A stretch of DNA of 64,000 nt, taken from assembly GCA_964016885.1 (NCBI GenBank), contig OZ024741.1, positions 325,376,001 to 325,440,000 on the forward strand, given 5' to 3'. The notes beneath the pieces are model-generated. The model worked only from the letters and a program-made list of their open reading frames with translations. It was not told where the DNA came from and ran no database searches. This document shows, piece after piece, positions 26,415 to 41,799 of the stretch; within the stretch, counting starts at the first letter, position 1; each line of letters starts with the position of its first letter. The position numbers were made by a program, and so were the translations under genes. Source of the DNA: Eledone cirrhosa (taxonomy: Eukaryota).

Positions 26415-27063
26415 TATTAATAAACACATTAAATCGTGTGTCTAAAATTACGAGGGTTGAAATAGCACATTTGTTTGAGAAATTTAATCGGAAGAAACGG
26501 AATATACATAAAATAAAATAAAATATATACAGACCACTTCAATAACTATTACATCTCCCGCCGGACAGATTATGGATTTAATCTGTTTCGCCCTGAGAAT
26601 TGTGTTTCTAACAGATAATCCGTGGGCATCATCAACGAGAGAATAGATTAAATGAAACAAACACCTAAGCTAAAAGCCACACGAATGAATATTTCACCTT
26701 GTGTGCTAGAAGTCAAAAGTGGCGTGAGTAGATTGACTAGAAACAATAGCCTAATACACCCAACTTATAAGCTCACCTAGTAGGGAGCCGAAATACAAAT
26801 AAAAGGCAGAGTTAATAACTCATACAGATACCCTGTAATTAAAAAGCTCAAAGTAGAAATACTGAGCATTTTAATAATAGATGTAGTAATAAACACATTA
26901 AATCGTGTTTCTAAAATTACGAGGGTTGAAATACCCTCGTAATTTTAGAAACACGATTTAATGTGTTTATTACTACATATATTATTATATAATGCTCAGT
27001 ATTTCTACTTTGAGCTTGTTAATTACAGGGTATCTGTATGAGTTATTAACTCTGCCTTTTATT

Positions 27064-27067
<4 letters not shown>
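26415..27067 (-). mobile_element. PLE-derived unit with a hammerhead (26553-26643) and a terminal fold-back (26795-27067)
   Basis: Diverged homolog of 13075-13600; minus strand TTGATGA-TGCCC...GGGC-GAAA-CAGATTA..TAATCTG-TC; palindrome centred near 26931. Confidence 0.75.
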
Positions 27068-27137
<70 letters not shown>

Positions 27138-27174
27138 CGTGTGTCTATGTGTGTATATATATATATATATAGAA

Positions 27175-27590
27175 ATTAATTCTTTAAAATTCGCCATCTC
27201 TTCGCATTGTAGTGTCCACATTTTCTGATAAGGTCTACATCTTTCTTCTATCCGATGATTTTTTCATCTGTGGATTCTTCACTCAGTTTCCGAGTATAAC
27301 TGGAGAGTTTCTTGTATTTCTTTTCCTCCCGAATACGACACCGTGTGATTATAACGTTATTTGAACTGCCGTTCTGTAAGCCTGACACGTCGCTTGAAGC
27401 TGATTGTACAGTCTGTATTTGCTGATTTGTCTATTCCCCCATGGATCATACCACCTATTTTACAAGTCCTATTTAGAGGGTATGTATCTTGTTCCTACAA
27501 ACGTATCCGGTTAAAACATGTAGCGGGGGTTTATTAGTGAGTGGTTTCAAAGTTGGGAATGGAACTAAAACTGCTTAAAATCTTTTGCCT
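27175..27590 (-). pseudogene. Highly decayed Penelope-like GIY-YIG endonuclease region (Naiad/Chlamys-like)
   Basis: Frame-shifted remnants CRNK..YPLNRTC, GLTERQFK*RYNH, KLSSY, ERCRPYQ. Confidence 0.5.
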
Positions 27591-28408
27591 CTCTCTCTCT
27601 ATATATATATGAATAAAATGGCGGGCTGTGTGGTTGCTGTTAAGTATAATGAAAATAAAAGTTATCGGCGAAAGAGGGTAAGTAGTGGTCGAAGTTCTTT
27701 GTGAACACAGTTAAATCTTTCATGGCGGCGGATAGGAGGTGGGGGGTGGCTGAACTTGCCTGTAGAACAAAGAGGGAGTGGGTGAAGCCAGTCAATCAGC
27801 TATTTCTAAAGAGTGTGGGTAAAGTAGGCTATATATATATATCATTGTAGTATTCAAAACACGATGGGTAGCTGTAAACAGCTGAATAGTATATGTATAA
27901 TAAAAGTCAGGTTAAGATATAACCTCATATTAAACGGAAAGCAGGAGAGAAAGGAAGAAAGAGAGTCTAAAGCATGAGATGAGAAAAGAGAGCGGTATAG
28001 AGAGAGGGAATAGAAGAGAAGAGAAAGGTGGGAATGAGCTCGATGGAGTAGAACTTTAGGAGAATTGCGAAAAAGGATAACAATAATGGAGAATGTATGG
28101 AGAAAGTAAACTGACAGGAAAAATAGAACTTTAGCGTCATATGAATCATCAGATTCTTTCTAGACCAACATAGTTTCTCGTAGGAGAGCAAGTACTATGT
28201 ATGTAAGACTAGCCCGCGCAACAGAACCTAAATATCTGTTGTTCTGATGCTGAACTGGGACACGTCTATACCAAGCAGTGGTAGACAGGAAAAGAGGCTG
28301 TCTGTTATTCTGGCGGGAACAGCTGCAGTAGTAAGCGACAAGAGTGGAAGTATCAATAGCAATAGTGGTAATAAATTTATATGTATGTATAATACACACA
28401 GACAGACA

Positions 28409-28535
<127 letters not shown>

Positions 28536-28888
28536 GCAGATATATATCTGGTGGACTGTGAACTGTAGATGAAAGTACTTAGAAGCTTTCGTTTCAACGG
28601 AAAAGTTTTGACAACCGTGGATATAAACCTTATTTGTGTAAAAATATATGCAATTCATTATGTAATATATATTTCCCTATATCCAATACATTATATCATA
28701 TTAAAATATTATATTATATTATTTACTCTTATATTCCCTTATATGTCTTCAAATTGACTTGATATATTAACATTTTCCTTTTGTATGAAAGTTATGGCAC
28801 ATCTCAGTCAACTGTGATATTGTTTATATGGAGAAAAGGCCTAACAATTTAACTTTCATATGAATATTTAGATCTTATTAAATTTTAG

Positions 28889-28979
28889 AATAACGTGGAA
28901 AGACTGCAATTTCTCCAAGGAGATTTCGATTTGCTTGAAGCAGTAGACAACATCAGGAATACACAACGTAGATTTCCAG
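28889..28979 (+). CDS. Candidate host coding exon (NNVERLQFLQGDFDLLEAVDNIRNTQRRFP), product unknown
   Basis: Unique, non-repetitive sequence; TTTTAG acceptor and CAG|GTTTAT donor; only the phase-0 frame is open; 91 nt. Confidence 0.4.
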
Positions 28980-29173
28980 GTTTATTGGTCACAATATCAC
29001 AGTTTATTCTCTCTATGAATATCAAATTTAATATAAGTGATGTTGCTTCTTTTATCATTCTTTTCTCAAAGCCATAAATGTATGTATGTATGTATGTATG
29101 TATGTATGTATGTATGTATGTATGTATGTATGTATGTATGTATGTATGCATGTATGTATGTATGTATGTATGT

Positions 29174-29535
29174 CCTAGAGAAGGAAAACTCTGATATAAC
29201 ACCTGCAACTCTGATGGTATCCAATGGTGTTGACTTGTTCTTCTTTTTGGTAAATATCATCTTGGTTAAGATAGTGGGACTGGCTTTGTGCAGTGCCTTT
29301 GCTCACTATAAAAGCTTCACGGCACAGGCATTGCTTTATATCTGGAGATCTCTCTGCACTTGTCACATGGTACCAGCACAGTGTGTCAATCATTGTCACA
29401 AGTGTAGTGTTTGTACCAGAGTTTTCAAGTCGCTGGCTGGACTAAAAAGTCACACTCATTCAGCGCATCGGTAGGGATTCTCCTACATGGATATGAAGTA
29501 GTGGCCGTACTCGAAAACAAGTTGGCAGCCACCAT
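29174..29535 (+). mobile_element. Bipartite RTE-derived element, 5'-truncated
   Basis: Matches the 3' part of 24847-25455; (TATG)n on both sides. Confidence 0.85.
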
Positions 29536-29604
29536 GTATGTATATATATGTATATATATGTATATGTATATGTGTATGTATATATATGTATGTGTATGTG
29601 TGTG

Positions 29605-29637
<33 letters not shown>

Positions 29638-29727
29638 GTATATATATATGTATATATATATGTATATATGTGTATATATATATATGTATGTATATGTGTA
29701 TGTGTATGTGTGTGTGTATATATATAT

Positions 29728-30325
29728 GTTGGTGCTACTGGTAACATGTATCCCAGTACAACCTGTCTCATGGTCGGGTCGTTGGCGACTAAACTGGCAA
29801 CCCCACCAAGGTTTCTTGGTGAGGAGGGTGACTTTGGACATCCTGCAGGACTAAAAACAAAACCTGTCAAAGGGCAAAGGAGCTCTTAAGAGTCAATGGC
29901 CATCCAAAATCACCGGGAGAGATGACCCCGTAGCCTTTGTCAAGGCAGAATTCTAGGAGAAGGAAAACTCTGATATAACACCTGCAACTCTGATGGTATC
30001 CAATGGTGTTGACTTGTTCTTCTTTTTGGTAAATATCATCTTGGTTAAGAGAGTGGGACTGGCTTTGTGCAGTGCCTTTGCTCACTATAAAAGCTTCACG
30101 GCACAGGCATTTTTTTATATCTGGAGATCTCTCTGCACTTGTCGTCACATGGTACCATGGGCCCAGCACTATGTGTCAATATTTGTCACAAGTGTAGTGT
30201 TTGTACCAGAGTTTTCAAGTCGCTGGCTGGACTAAAAAGTCACACTCGTTCAGCGCATCGGTAGGAGTTCTCCTACATGGATATAAAGTAGTGGCCGTAC
30301 TCGAAAACGAGTTGGCAGCCACCAT
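29728..30325 (+). mobile_element. Bipartite RTE-derived element, near full length
   Basis: Matches 24847-25455; (TATG)n tail. Confidence 0.85.
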
Positions 30326-30484
30326 GTATGTATGTATGTATGTATGTATGTATGTATGTATGTATGTATGTATGTATGTATGTGTGTTGTGTGCGTGTGT
30401 GTGTGTTTTGTTATTTGGATTTTTTTTTTTTTTTTACCATATAATTTGAGTACTCCTTAAGAAAACAACAACTTTAATAATAAT

Positions 30485-30615
30485 AATTTTTCTGCTTTTG
30501 GCACGGAGCCAGCGATTGTTCCAGCGCATTACTGGTGCTCTCTTTTGTTGACTCCGTGGGGATGAAAGGCAAGGTTAACCTCAGCGGGATTTGAGCTCAG
30601 AGCGTGGAGAGCCAT
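30485..30615 (-). mobile_element. tRNA/Nin-domain SINE fragment
   Basis: GGATGAAAGGCAAGGTTAACCTCAGCGGGATTTGAGCTC is the reverse complement of the family core. Confidence 0.65.
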
Positions 30616-30889
30616 ACCTTTATACTGAACTGTAACACGAACGGCTTCAACTATACGAACTCTTGAAAGTCAACAGTTGACATAATCTTGTAATCTTGTA
30701 TCAGTAATGACGGTATATATATATATGTGTGTGTAAGTGAGTAGCGTGTGTGTTTGTATGTATGAGTGTTGGTGTGTGCGCGTGTATGTATGTGTGTGTG
30801 TGCGCGTGTGTGTATGTCGTACGTATAAGTGTCAATAAGTGATTTTTTTTTATGCGCGGGGACATAGAAATAATCGGGCTGGATGCCCT

Positions 30890-31140
30890 ATCGCGCAGTT
30901 AAACCACTGGGAGTGAAGAACCCCTAGCCCTTGTCAGGGCATTCTTCTAGGAGAAGGCATCTCAGGAAACTGGGTTAACTCCGACATAAAACCTGCGGCT
31001 CAGTAGTTACCGATGATGTTGATCTTTTCTTCTTTTCGGGTTATAGCTACTGTCGCTCAGAGAGTGGGATTGGCTCAGTGCACAGTCTTTCCTCACTTTA
31101 AAAATATTCGTCACGCACAGGCATTGCACGATTGCATTAA
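30890..31140 (+). mobile_element. RTE-derived subfamily B fragment
   Basis: Matches ~15157-15420. Confidence 0.75.
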
Positions 31141-31159
31141 CTAATAATTATTAATAGTG

Positions 31160-31497
31160 TATTATTATTCTTATTATTCTTTGAGTCGCAGTCATTGATG
31201 TTATTTAACTGGAAAGTTTGTTGAAATGAATATCAAGCCACTACCTGCAGCCTCAGATATTCAGGACGTATCGGAGGGTTCTTGCTGTTCCCAGCAAGCA
31301 TGCCTTGTGAAGTGTTCCAAAAAGCGGAGCGGGACCAATTTTCTTTAACCATCCTTGGAAACTCTTTGAGATAGTACCTAGTGCGCCTATGACAATCGGG
31401 ACCACTTTGACTTCATGGCAGTTCCAAATCCTTTTTACCCCCCACTTTAAGTCCTGGTATCGGTTAATTTTCTCCCTCTCCTTCTCTTGAGAATGCG
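31160..31497 (-). mobile_element. 3' fragment of a Dong/R4-type RLE retrotransposon, ending in TAA-like repeats
   Basis: EKEREKINRYQDL..IWNC..VVPIVIGALG..KACLLGTARTLR*; 3' junction in TTA-rich sequence. Confidence 0.85.
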
Positions 31498-34400
31498 ACC
31501 CTGGTGAGTGTGTATGCTCCAACTATGAATTCTGTCGATGAAGAAAAAGTGTCCTTTTACCATGCCTTGAAAGTTGTTTTAAGAAATATCCCTCAGGCAG
31601 ACAAAGTCATCGTGCTTGGTGACTTTAATGCTAGAGTGGGTAGGGATTTTAACACATGGAATGTAATCGGAAGGCATGGGGTGGGAAAGTGTAACAACAA
31701 TGGTATGCTCCTGCTGCAGATGTGTGAGGAGCTGGATCTGTGTGTTACCAACACCATGTTCCAAAAAAAGAACAAATTCAAGACCACATGGATGCATCCT
31801 GCATCTAAGGAATGGCATCTTTTGGACTACGTCCTAGTCAGGATGCGTGACAGACAGGATGTGCAGTGTGTTCGTGCTCTTCGTGGAGCTGAATGCTGGA
31901 CGGAGCACCGCCTGGTACGCGTAAAAATGAAACTAATCACTAAACGTAAAATCCGAGCTCCTGGTGTTGCCCTGCCCAGAAGATTGAATGCTGCTCGTCT
32001 TAAGGATTTAAATGTGAAGAGGACATTGCAAGAAGAGATGCAGGTTGCAGATTTTGGTGAGGATTGGCCGATCCTTAAAAAGTCGGTTTATGATGTAGGC
32101 AGGCGTGTTCTGGGATTGGTGCAGAGAAAACATCAGGACTGGTTTAATGAGAATGATGTACATATAGAAAACTTGTTGGCCGATAAGAGGCGTGCTCTGT
32201 CACGCTACTTGACGACAAAACCACAGGAGAAGAATATGTTGCATAATGAACTCAAGGATGTGAAATAACGTGTTAGGCGGAGTCTTTCTCAGATGAAGGA
32301 TCAGTGGTGGAGTGAGAAGGCTGATGAGATACAACCTGCGTCAGATTCCAATAACACAAAGCTGTTGTACAGTCTCTTGCGTGAAGTTTATGGACCGTCT
32401 TCTTCTCTGGTGACACCGCTTCGCAGCAAGGATGGCAAAGAACTTCTTCGTGACTCACAAGGAATTCTACGAAGGTGGCGAGAGCACTTTGATGATCTTT
32501 TGAATCAGCCGTCTTTAGTCAATGAAGATTTCCTCAATCTCATTCCAGAAAGTCCTGTGAAAGTAGCTCTCGCAGAACCTCCGACGCTTGTGGAGGTTGC
32601 AGTGGCTATCTCGAAGCTGAACAGTGGAAGGTCTCCAGGTATGGATGGCATACATGCTGAGCTCCTACAATATGGTGGTGAGAGATTCCTGCAACATCTT
32701 CACTCTTTGTTTGGCAGGATATGGGCTAATGAATCCGTACCTGAGGACTGGAGAGATGCAGCAAAGGTGGTCTTGTACAAGGGAAAGGGTAACAGGAATG
32801 ATTGTGGGAACTACAGAGGTATATCATTGCTTTCTGTTGTAGGGAAAGTTTAATGTAGGGTGCTTCTGGACCGTCTGTTGACACACATTGCAGATTGTGT
32901 TCTTCCTGAAAGTCAATCTGGTTTTCGTGCTGGACGCGGCACTACTGATATGATCTTCTCAGCTAGACAGCTCCAGGAGAAGTGCATGGAACAAGGTTTG
33001 GATCTGCATCAAATTTTTGTTGATCTGACAAAAGCTTTCGATACTGTTAACAGAAATGCATTATGGAAGGTTCTCTGAAACTTGGTTGCCCTGATAAGTT
33101 CCTTGCTTTAATTAGGTCTATCCATGACGACACGAAGGCTTGGGTTAATGTCGGAGGTAACATGTCGGAGCCTATCTCAGTAAAAAATGGAGTGAAACAG
33201 GGAGATATTCCAGCACCGACCCTGTTTGCAATATACTTTGCAATGGTTTTCTGTATTGCATTCAGGAATTGCGAGCATGGTGTTTACATCCGATATCGAA
33301 CCTCAAGTAGCATATTTAACATCAGGCGCTTTGCTGCAAAGACAAAAGTATTTACATCAATCATAAGAGACCTCTTGTATGCAGATGATTGCGATCTTGT
33401 AGCGCACACAAAGAGTGATATGCAGCACATTTTGAATGCATTTTCTGACGCTTGCACTGCCCTAGGATTGACTGCCAGTCTCAAGAAAACCGTCGTCATG
33501 TACCAACCTGCCCCTGGTAAGCAGTACAGTGAACCAAATATCTAGGTGTATGGTAAACGACTTGGAGTGGTTGATCAGTTTGTCTACCTGGGAAGCACTG
33601 TCAATCGATACAGTAACCTTGATAGTGAAATCTCACTTAGGATTAGGAAAGCAAGTGATGCTTTCGGAAAGCTAGAAAGGCGACTCTGGGGTCGGCGAGA
33701 CATATGCAAGAAGAAAAAGAGTAAAGGTGTACAAGGTATGTGTGCTCTCTTCTCTTCTTTAAGTCTGCGAGACCTGGGTCACATATTGACACCACCTTAA
33801 GCAATTGGAGCTTTTCCATCAGATGTGTCTCAGACGGATCCATGGCGTTCACTGGAGGGACCACATCAGTGATGTCGAGATTTTGGAAAGCCCTTTGTGA
33901 CAGTATAGAAGCTCTTGTGCTTAAGCAACGACTCTGTTGGAATGGTCACCTTGCCAGGATGAAGGATTCTAGAATACCCAAACAACTCTTTTATGGAGAG
34001 TTAGTTAAAGGAAAACGACCGCCACATAAACCAAAAAAGAGGTATAAGGATTCATTGAAAGCCTCTCTGAAAGACGCTAACATCTCTGCTGATACATGGG
34101 AAAATATTGCTGCTGATCGTAATAAATGGAGAAAGGCTGTATATGAGGGAAAAGTTGCCTTTGAGGCATCTCGAATCGCATACAAGAAAGTAAAGCGGCA
34201 TGTGAGGAAGGGCATTGCTGTTGCACTTCCAGACGGCGAGGGTCCTCCTATGGTACTGACATGCAGCGTCTGTGTGAGACTCTGCCTAAGCAAAGCTGGA
34301 CTCGAAAATCATCTTCGCAGTCATAAAGTAAGACCAGTGGTTGACTACCAGCCTGCTGTTGGAGATGCTACTCATCATGCTTGCCAAGCATGTGGTAGAG

Positions 34401-34755
34401 AATGTAAATCAGCAGGAGGGCTCAAACGACATGCAAAAGTACATGAACTCCAACCACAGCCGGCTATTCCCAGTGAATGTTTTGGTTGCCGACTCTGTGC
34501 AAGACCTTTTAGATCATTGGCTGGGCTAAAAAACCACATTCGATCGCAGCGCTGTTAATTGCTATCCTGTGTGTGTGTGTGTGTATAGATATGTATATGT
34601 GTGTGAGTGTGTGTGTATATATATATATGTATATTATTATTGTTGTTGTTGTCGTTATTATTATTGTTGTTATTATTATTGTTATTAATATATATATATA
34701 TATTTTTTCTCTCGTGCAATGGCCATACTCGATAACGAGGAGGCAGCTATCATTA
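31498..34755 (+). mobile_element. Second RTE-clade LINE copy with C-terminal zinc fingers and an intact 3' terminus; disrupted
   Basis: Highly similar to the 16945 copy; multiple stops and frameshifts; ends GCAGCTATCAT followed by TATG repeats. Confidence 0.95.
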
Positions 34756-34771
34756 TCAGGTATGTATGTAT

Positions 34772-34800
34772 GTTCTTCTGGTTTTATAAGTTCACAATGT
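34772..34800 (-). mobile_element. Extreme 3' tip of R4 family B in the RTE tail
   Basis: TTCTTCTGGTTTTATAA matches the 3' ends at 53992, 54905 and 55889. Confidence 0.6.
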
Positions 34801-34843
34801 ATGTACGCATGTTTGCATGTACTTATGTACGTACGTACGTACG

Positions 34844-34913
<70 letters not shown>

Positions 34914-34952
34914 CATACATACATACATATACATAGATACATAGATAACTAC

Positions 34953-34985
<33 letters not shown>

Positions 34986-35040
34986 TATATATATATACAC
35001 ATATACATAGATACATAGATAAATACATACATATACATAT

Positions 35041-35231
<191 letters not shown>

Positions 35232-35356
35232 TATATTGGTAAACGGAATAGAAAATGCTGACAAATTGTTCACAGTTGAAAAATGGTTTAATTAGGAATA
35301 AAAGAGTATTAGTGATTGTATGGGTTAGTATTCAGTTGTGGTTTTAAGTTTTTAAG

Positions 35357-35396
35357 TTTTTACCGGTTGCGCATTTCTAAATGCTTTTCAAAAATA
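35357..35396 (-). ncRNA. Minimal hammerhead-like motif in the pLTR (U3:A8, GCAA variant)
   Basis: Minus strand TTT-TTGAAAA-GCATT(TAGA)AATGC-GCAA-CCGG-TA|AAA. Confidence 0.55.
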
Positions 35397-35954
35397 ATTT
35401 TGAGATAGAGTGTCCGTGTTGTTTGCTCTGATCTGATCAGTTTTGGGAATTCTACCTGTTTTTATGTTAAAAAAGTGGCTCCAGCGTTACTTTGGTGTTG
35501 TAAAAATTCTTGTGGTCAAAACAATTTTGATTGGTCGGTAGAGGTCATGTGAATGTAAAAAATTGATTTTGCGCCAAGACTGTTTTTATGTTAAAAAAGT
35601 GGCTCCAGCGCTACTTGGTATTTGCAAAAATTCTTGTGGTCAAAACAATTTTGATTGGTCGGTAGAGGTCATGTGAATAAAAAATTGGTTTTGCGCCAAG
35701 ATTGAGAAATGACTCTTTCACAACAAATATGTGTGTGTGTGTGTGTGTAGTAGTAGTAGTAAGGTGTTCGATGTTGTGATAATGGTTAGCAGGGATGCGT
35801 GTCAAATGGCTATTAAGATAAGTGTGTGTGTGTGTGTATAGCAGAGTAATTCGTGGTAGCAGGGATGGTCAGTAAGAATGTGTCTGAAAGCAATGGGGGG
35901 CATTTTAGCATGTCAAAAGATATTTTTCAGCTTTTGTCTTATACGGAGAAGTGC

Positions 35955-35985
<31 letters not shown>

Positions 35986-36221
35986 TGTGTGTATAAGTCT
36001 CTTTGTATGTTAATGTACGCGTGTGTATGTGTGTGTGTATATATATGTGTGTGTGTGTGTGTGGGTGGACCAGTAGTTTTTTCCCCTGGTAAAATGGTGT
36101 ACATTATTCGATTTTTTCAGTAAAATCGGTTCTCTTAATAGAACATCAAAAATCTTAACAATAAAAGGTGTGAAATGATATTCACTATATATATATATAC
36201 GCATACATATATTCACTATAT

Positions 36222-36254
<33 letters not shown>

Positions 36255-36378
36255 CATATATTTTTTTGTGTTGCACCATAGAGCATGTGTGTTTACGTAT
36301 GTCATTGTGTTTATATGTGGGTAGAGATGTGTGCTGATGTAGGTATGTATGTTGACGTGTGTATGTTGTGGGTTCGTC

Positions 36379-37880
36379 TTAGGGAGAAGTGTTTAGACGG
36401 GGTCCGTATTTGTTAATGAAGTAAGATTCCTTGCTGATGCGCTGGGTGTGGGTGGCATTATCCTTAAATTTGTAGAGGGGAAAAATTCTGAAGTTGGGAT
36501 GATTTTGGGCGGCACAGGTATCAATGTGTTCACTCAGTGGTATTTTCCTGTATTCCCGTATTTTAATTTGGGATCTATGGACAGTCATGCGTTGGCGGAG
36601 GCTGTCTTTGGTCTGGCCTATGTATTGTTCTCGACAACCTGAGCAAGTTAATACATATATTAGATTTTCCGATGCACATGTGAAATTGTGTTTTACTATA
36701 AAACGTTGTCCATCTTTGAAATAGAATTCCGAACCCTCTATTAGGTTGATGCAAATGCCACAGTTGGGTCTATCGCATTTTTTTACTGTGGGTTTCGTTG
36801 TTGTGGTTGGCAGTACTTTGGCATGTGTTAGGATGTTTTTCATTGACTTGGATTGTCTTTTGCTCTTTATGATATCGTGTGTTCGTAGAATTTGGTTCAT
36901 TCTATGGTCCTTTTTCAACACAGGGATGTTCTGGAGGATGGTGTCAAAGGCCTCATTGTTGAGGGAGTTGTGAGTGGAGATGTATGGAAGGGCTTTTAGT
37001 TTCGGTTGATTTACTTTAGGGTGTCTAAGGTCCTGGGTACTGAGTTTTAGGGCACGTTGGATTCCATTGTCAATTAGTGATGCAGGGTAGTCCCTGCCTA
37101 TGAGTGTGTCCTTTAGTTCTTGTAGCCGTAAGTAGCAGATGTTTTTATTGGAGACTATAGTACAGATTCTCTTGGCTAAGTTAATTTTAACGTGTCTAGG
37201 GTGGCAAGAGTTGAAGGGGAGATATTGCTTGGAGTCTGTGGGCTTGTAGTATATGTCTGTTTCTATTTTTTTGTTATGGATCTTAATGAGGATGTCGAGG
37301 AAGGGGAGTTGTTGATGGCTGTATTCCATCGTGAAGTTAATATTCGTGTTGAGCCCATTTATAAGGGTGTGAAATTCTTTAAGTTTTTCGATGTTTTCGT
37401 GCCAAAGGATGAAGCAGTCATCTAGATATCGCTTCCAGTTCCTTTCAATGTGTAAGTGGAGGGTGTTTCCAAATTTGTTTAGGACTTTAGTGTAGAGGGT
37501 GATTTCCAGGTATCCCATGACTAGGTTGGCATAAGTGGGGGCTGTTTTCGTTCCCATAGCGGTCCCAGATTTCTGCCTGTAGGGTTTGTTATTGAAAACG
37601 AAGTAATTGTTCTCCAAGATAAATTTGAGTCCCTCTATCACGAATTCTTTTTTGATGCGTTGTGGGAGTTCATTGGGGAAATTATCCAGCCAGAATTGGA
37701 TAGCTTCTATTCCTAGGTTGTGGGGGATGTTGGAGTATAGGTTGACTACATCGAACGTAGGGTTTGTTCAGAAAGTGGCATATTAGGGAGGTGATTGAGC
37801 ATATCTAGGTCGTCCCTTATATAGCTTTTGATGTGTTTGAGGAAGGGTTTGAGAAGGGTATCAATGAAGTTGCTAAGACG
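36379..37880 (-). pseudogene. Penelope RT plus GIY-YIG endonuclease (truncated, frameshift near 37757)
   Basis: FDVVNLYSNIPH, GTAMGTKTAPTYANL, RYLDD, LPFLDI, linker CDRPNCGIC, LIYVLTC..QYIGQT. Confidence 0.93.
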
Positions 37881-38052
37881 GTGCATCAGCAAGGAATCTT
37901 ACTTCATTAACAAATACGGACCCCGTCTAAACACTTCTCCCTAAGACGAACCCACAACATACACACGTCAACATACATACTTACATCAGCACACATCTCT
38001 ACCCACATATAAACACAATGACACACATGCTCTATGGTGCAACACAAAAAAA

Positions 38053-38144
<92 letters not shown>

Positions 38145-38363
38145 ATATATGTATGTGTATATATATATAGTGAATATCATTTCACACCTTTTATTGTTAA
38201 GATTTTTGATGTTCTATTAAGAGAACCGATTTTACTGAAAAAATCGAATAATGTACACCATTTTACCAGGGGGAAAAAAATACTGGTCCACCCACCCCCA
38301 CACATACACACACACATATATACACACACACATACACACGCGTACATTAACATACAAAGAGAC

Positions 38364-38429
<66 letters not shown>

Positions 38430-38539
38430 TTCTCCGTATAAGACAAAAGCTGAAAAATATCTTTTGACATGCTAAAATACCCCCCATTGCTTTCAGACAC
38501 ATTCTTACTGACCATCCCTGCTACCACGAATTACTCTGC

Positions 38540-38614
<75 letters not shown>

Positions 38615-39030
38615 ATCTTAATAGCCATTTGACACACATCCCTGCTAACCATTATCACAACATCGAACACCTTACTACTACTACACACACACACACATAT
38701 TTGTTGTGAAAGAGTCATTTCTCAATCTTGGCGCAAAACCAATTTTTTATTCACATGACCTCTACCGACCAATCAAAATTGTTTTGACCACAAGAATTTT
38801 TGCAAACACCAAGTAGCGCTGGAGCCACTTTTTTAACATAAAAACAGTCTTGGCGCAAAATCAATTTTTTACATTCACATGACCTCTACCGACCAATCAA
38901 AATTGTTTTGACCACAAGAATTTTTGCAACACCAAAGTAACGCTGGAGTCACTTTTTTAACATAAAAACAGGTAGAATTCCCAAAACTAATCAGATCGGA
39001 GCAAACAGCACGGACACTCTATCTCAAAAT

Positions 39031-39070
39031 TATTTTTGAAAAGCATTTAGAAATGCGCAACCGGTAAAAA
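39031..39070 (+). ncRNA. Minimal hammerhead-like motif in the inverted pLTR copy
   Basis: TTT-TTGAAAA-GCATT(TAGA)AATGC-GCAA-CCGG-TA|AAA. Confidence 0.55.
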
Positions 39071-39226
39071 CTTAAAAACTTAAAACCACAACTGAATACT
39101 AACCCATACAATCACTAATACTCTTTTATTCCTAATTAAACCAATTTTCAACTGTGAACAATTTGTCAGCATTTTCTATTCCGTTTACCAATATATAATA
39201 ACTTGTGTGTTACACCTCTATTCTTT

Positions 39227-39316
<90 letters not shown>

Positions 39317-39445
39317 TATATACACATATGTACGTATGGGTTATATCGAACATTAATAATAATGTTCGATTCGTTTGTAAACAAACGAGCCCGATTAGAA
39401 GCTATGCCGTGCCGTCACTTGTTTGTTCAACACTGGCTTTGAGGA

Positions 39446-39488
39446 ACAATCAACATGTTTCTAGGTCATTACTCTTCATCAGGACTGT
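39446..39488 (-). ncRNA. Hammerhead motif with a weak stem II
   Basis: Minus strand ACAGTC-CTGATGA-AGAGTAATGACCTA-GAAA-CATG-TT|GATTGT. Confidence 0.55.
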
Positions 39489-39673
39489 ATACCTCTCTGC
39501 TAATGTGTTGAACAGTTGAAATATATATTATTTTCTGAAGTATACATCGGCTGAGTAGCTTCATGTGCATACCGGGCGAGTTGCGGCTCGCTTTGCCGAA
39601 TATTAAAAATAACATAAGAATTTTATTTCTCGCTCTAGCATATACATATTTATGCCCCCCCCCCCCCCCCCCA

Positions 39674-39706
<33 letters not shown>

Positions 39707-39711
39707 GCACG

Positions 39712-41099
<1,388 letters not shown>

Positions 41100-41305
41100 G
41101 TATGTCTATGTGTACGTATGCATACTTACTTTTATGTATCAGCTGTTAATTCTGGATGGTATTTCTTTGTTGTTGTTGTTGTTCGTTGTCACTGTTATTG
41201 ATGTTGTTGCTATTATTATTGTTGTTGTTTTTATTATTATTGTCTTTCTTAATTTTATCGGTTAGTTTCGTTGCTGTAACTTTTGTTGTTATTTACATTT
41301 TTATC

Positions 41306-41338
<33 letters not shown>

Positions 41339-41799
41339 GTTGGTGGTGTTGGTGGTGTTGCTGTTCCTGAAAGAACCACTTAAAGTAAAACAATATGATT
41401 CAAAACAATATTGTTTTTTCTGTTAAAATATTTTTTTTCCAAAGCTGCCATTAAAAGCACGCTGTCTTGTTCGACTGTTGAGAATATCGTCTCCCTCTTT
41501 CTATGTTGCCTTTTAACGTTCTCTGTTGAGAACATCGTCTCCCTCTTTTTATGTTGCCTTTTAACGTTCTCTCTCTCTCTTACTGCTATGTCCATGTTAA
41601 AATGTCGATGCAAAATAAAAATAAAAACATTTTGTGAAATTTTACGAGTGCCACACCTGTGATAAGTGGGTTACTTGCTCTAAACTCGTATTAAGTTCAA
41701 AACTCGATTAAAAGGTTAGAGACGGTCGAAATAAATGTAAACAATTCAAATTTACCTGGAGGCCATTTGAAGCGTGGCTTTATCTTCGGTAGTCAATAA

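Larger units (their letters stand above)
35236..39191 (-). mobile_element. 5'-truncated Penelope-like element (Neptune-type) with a ~1.2-kb inverted pLTR
   Basis: 35236-36440 is the reverse complement of 37883-39191; the two arms enclose the RT/GIY-YIG ORF; (TA)n on both sides. Confidence 0.92.

Noticed and set aside
28120-28200. Minus-strand CTGATGA and GAAAC..GGTC near each other
   Set aside because: Order and pairing do not give a consistent three-way junction
41474-41572. Short ~48-bp direct repeats, and the 46.3-kb minisatellite, as CRISPR-like arrays
   Set aside because: No unique spacers; eukaryotic simple tandem duplications
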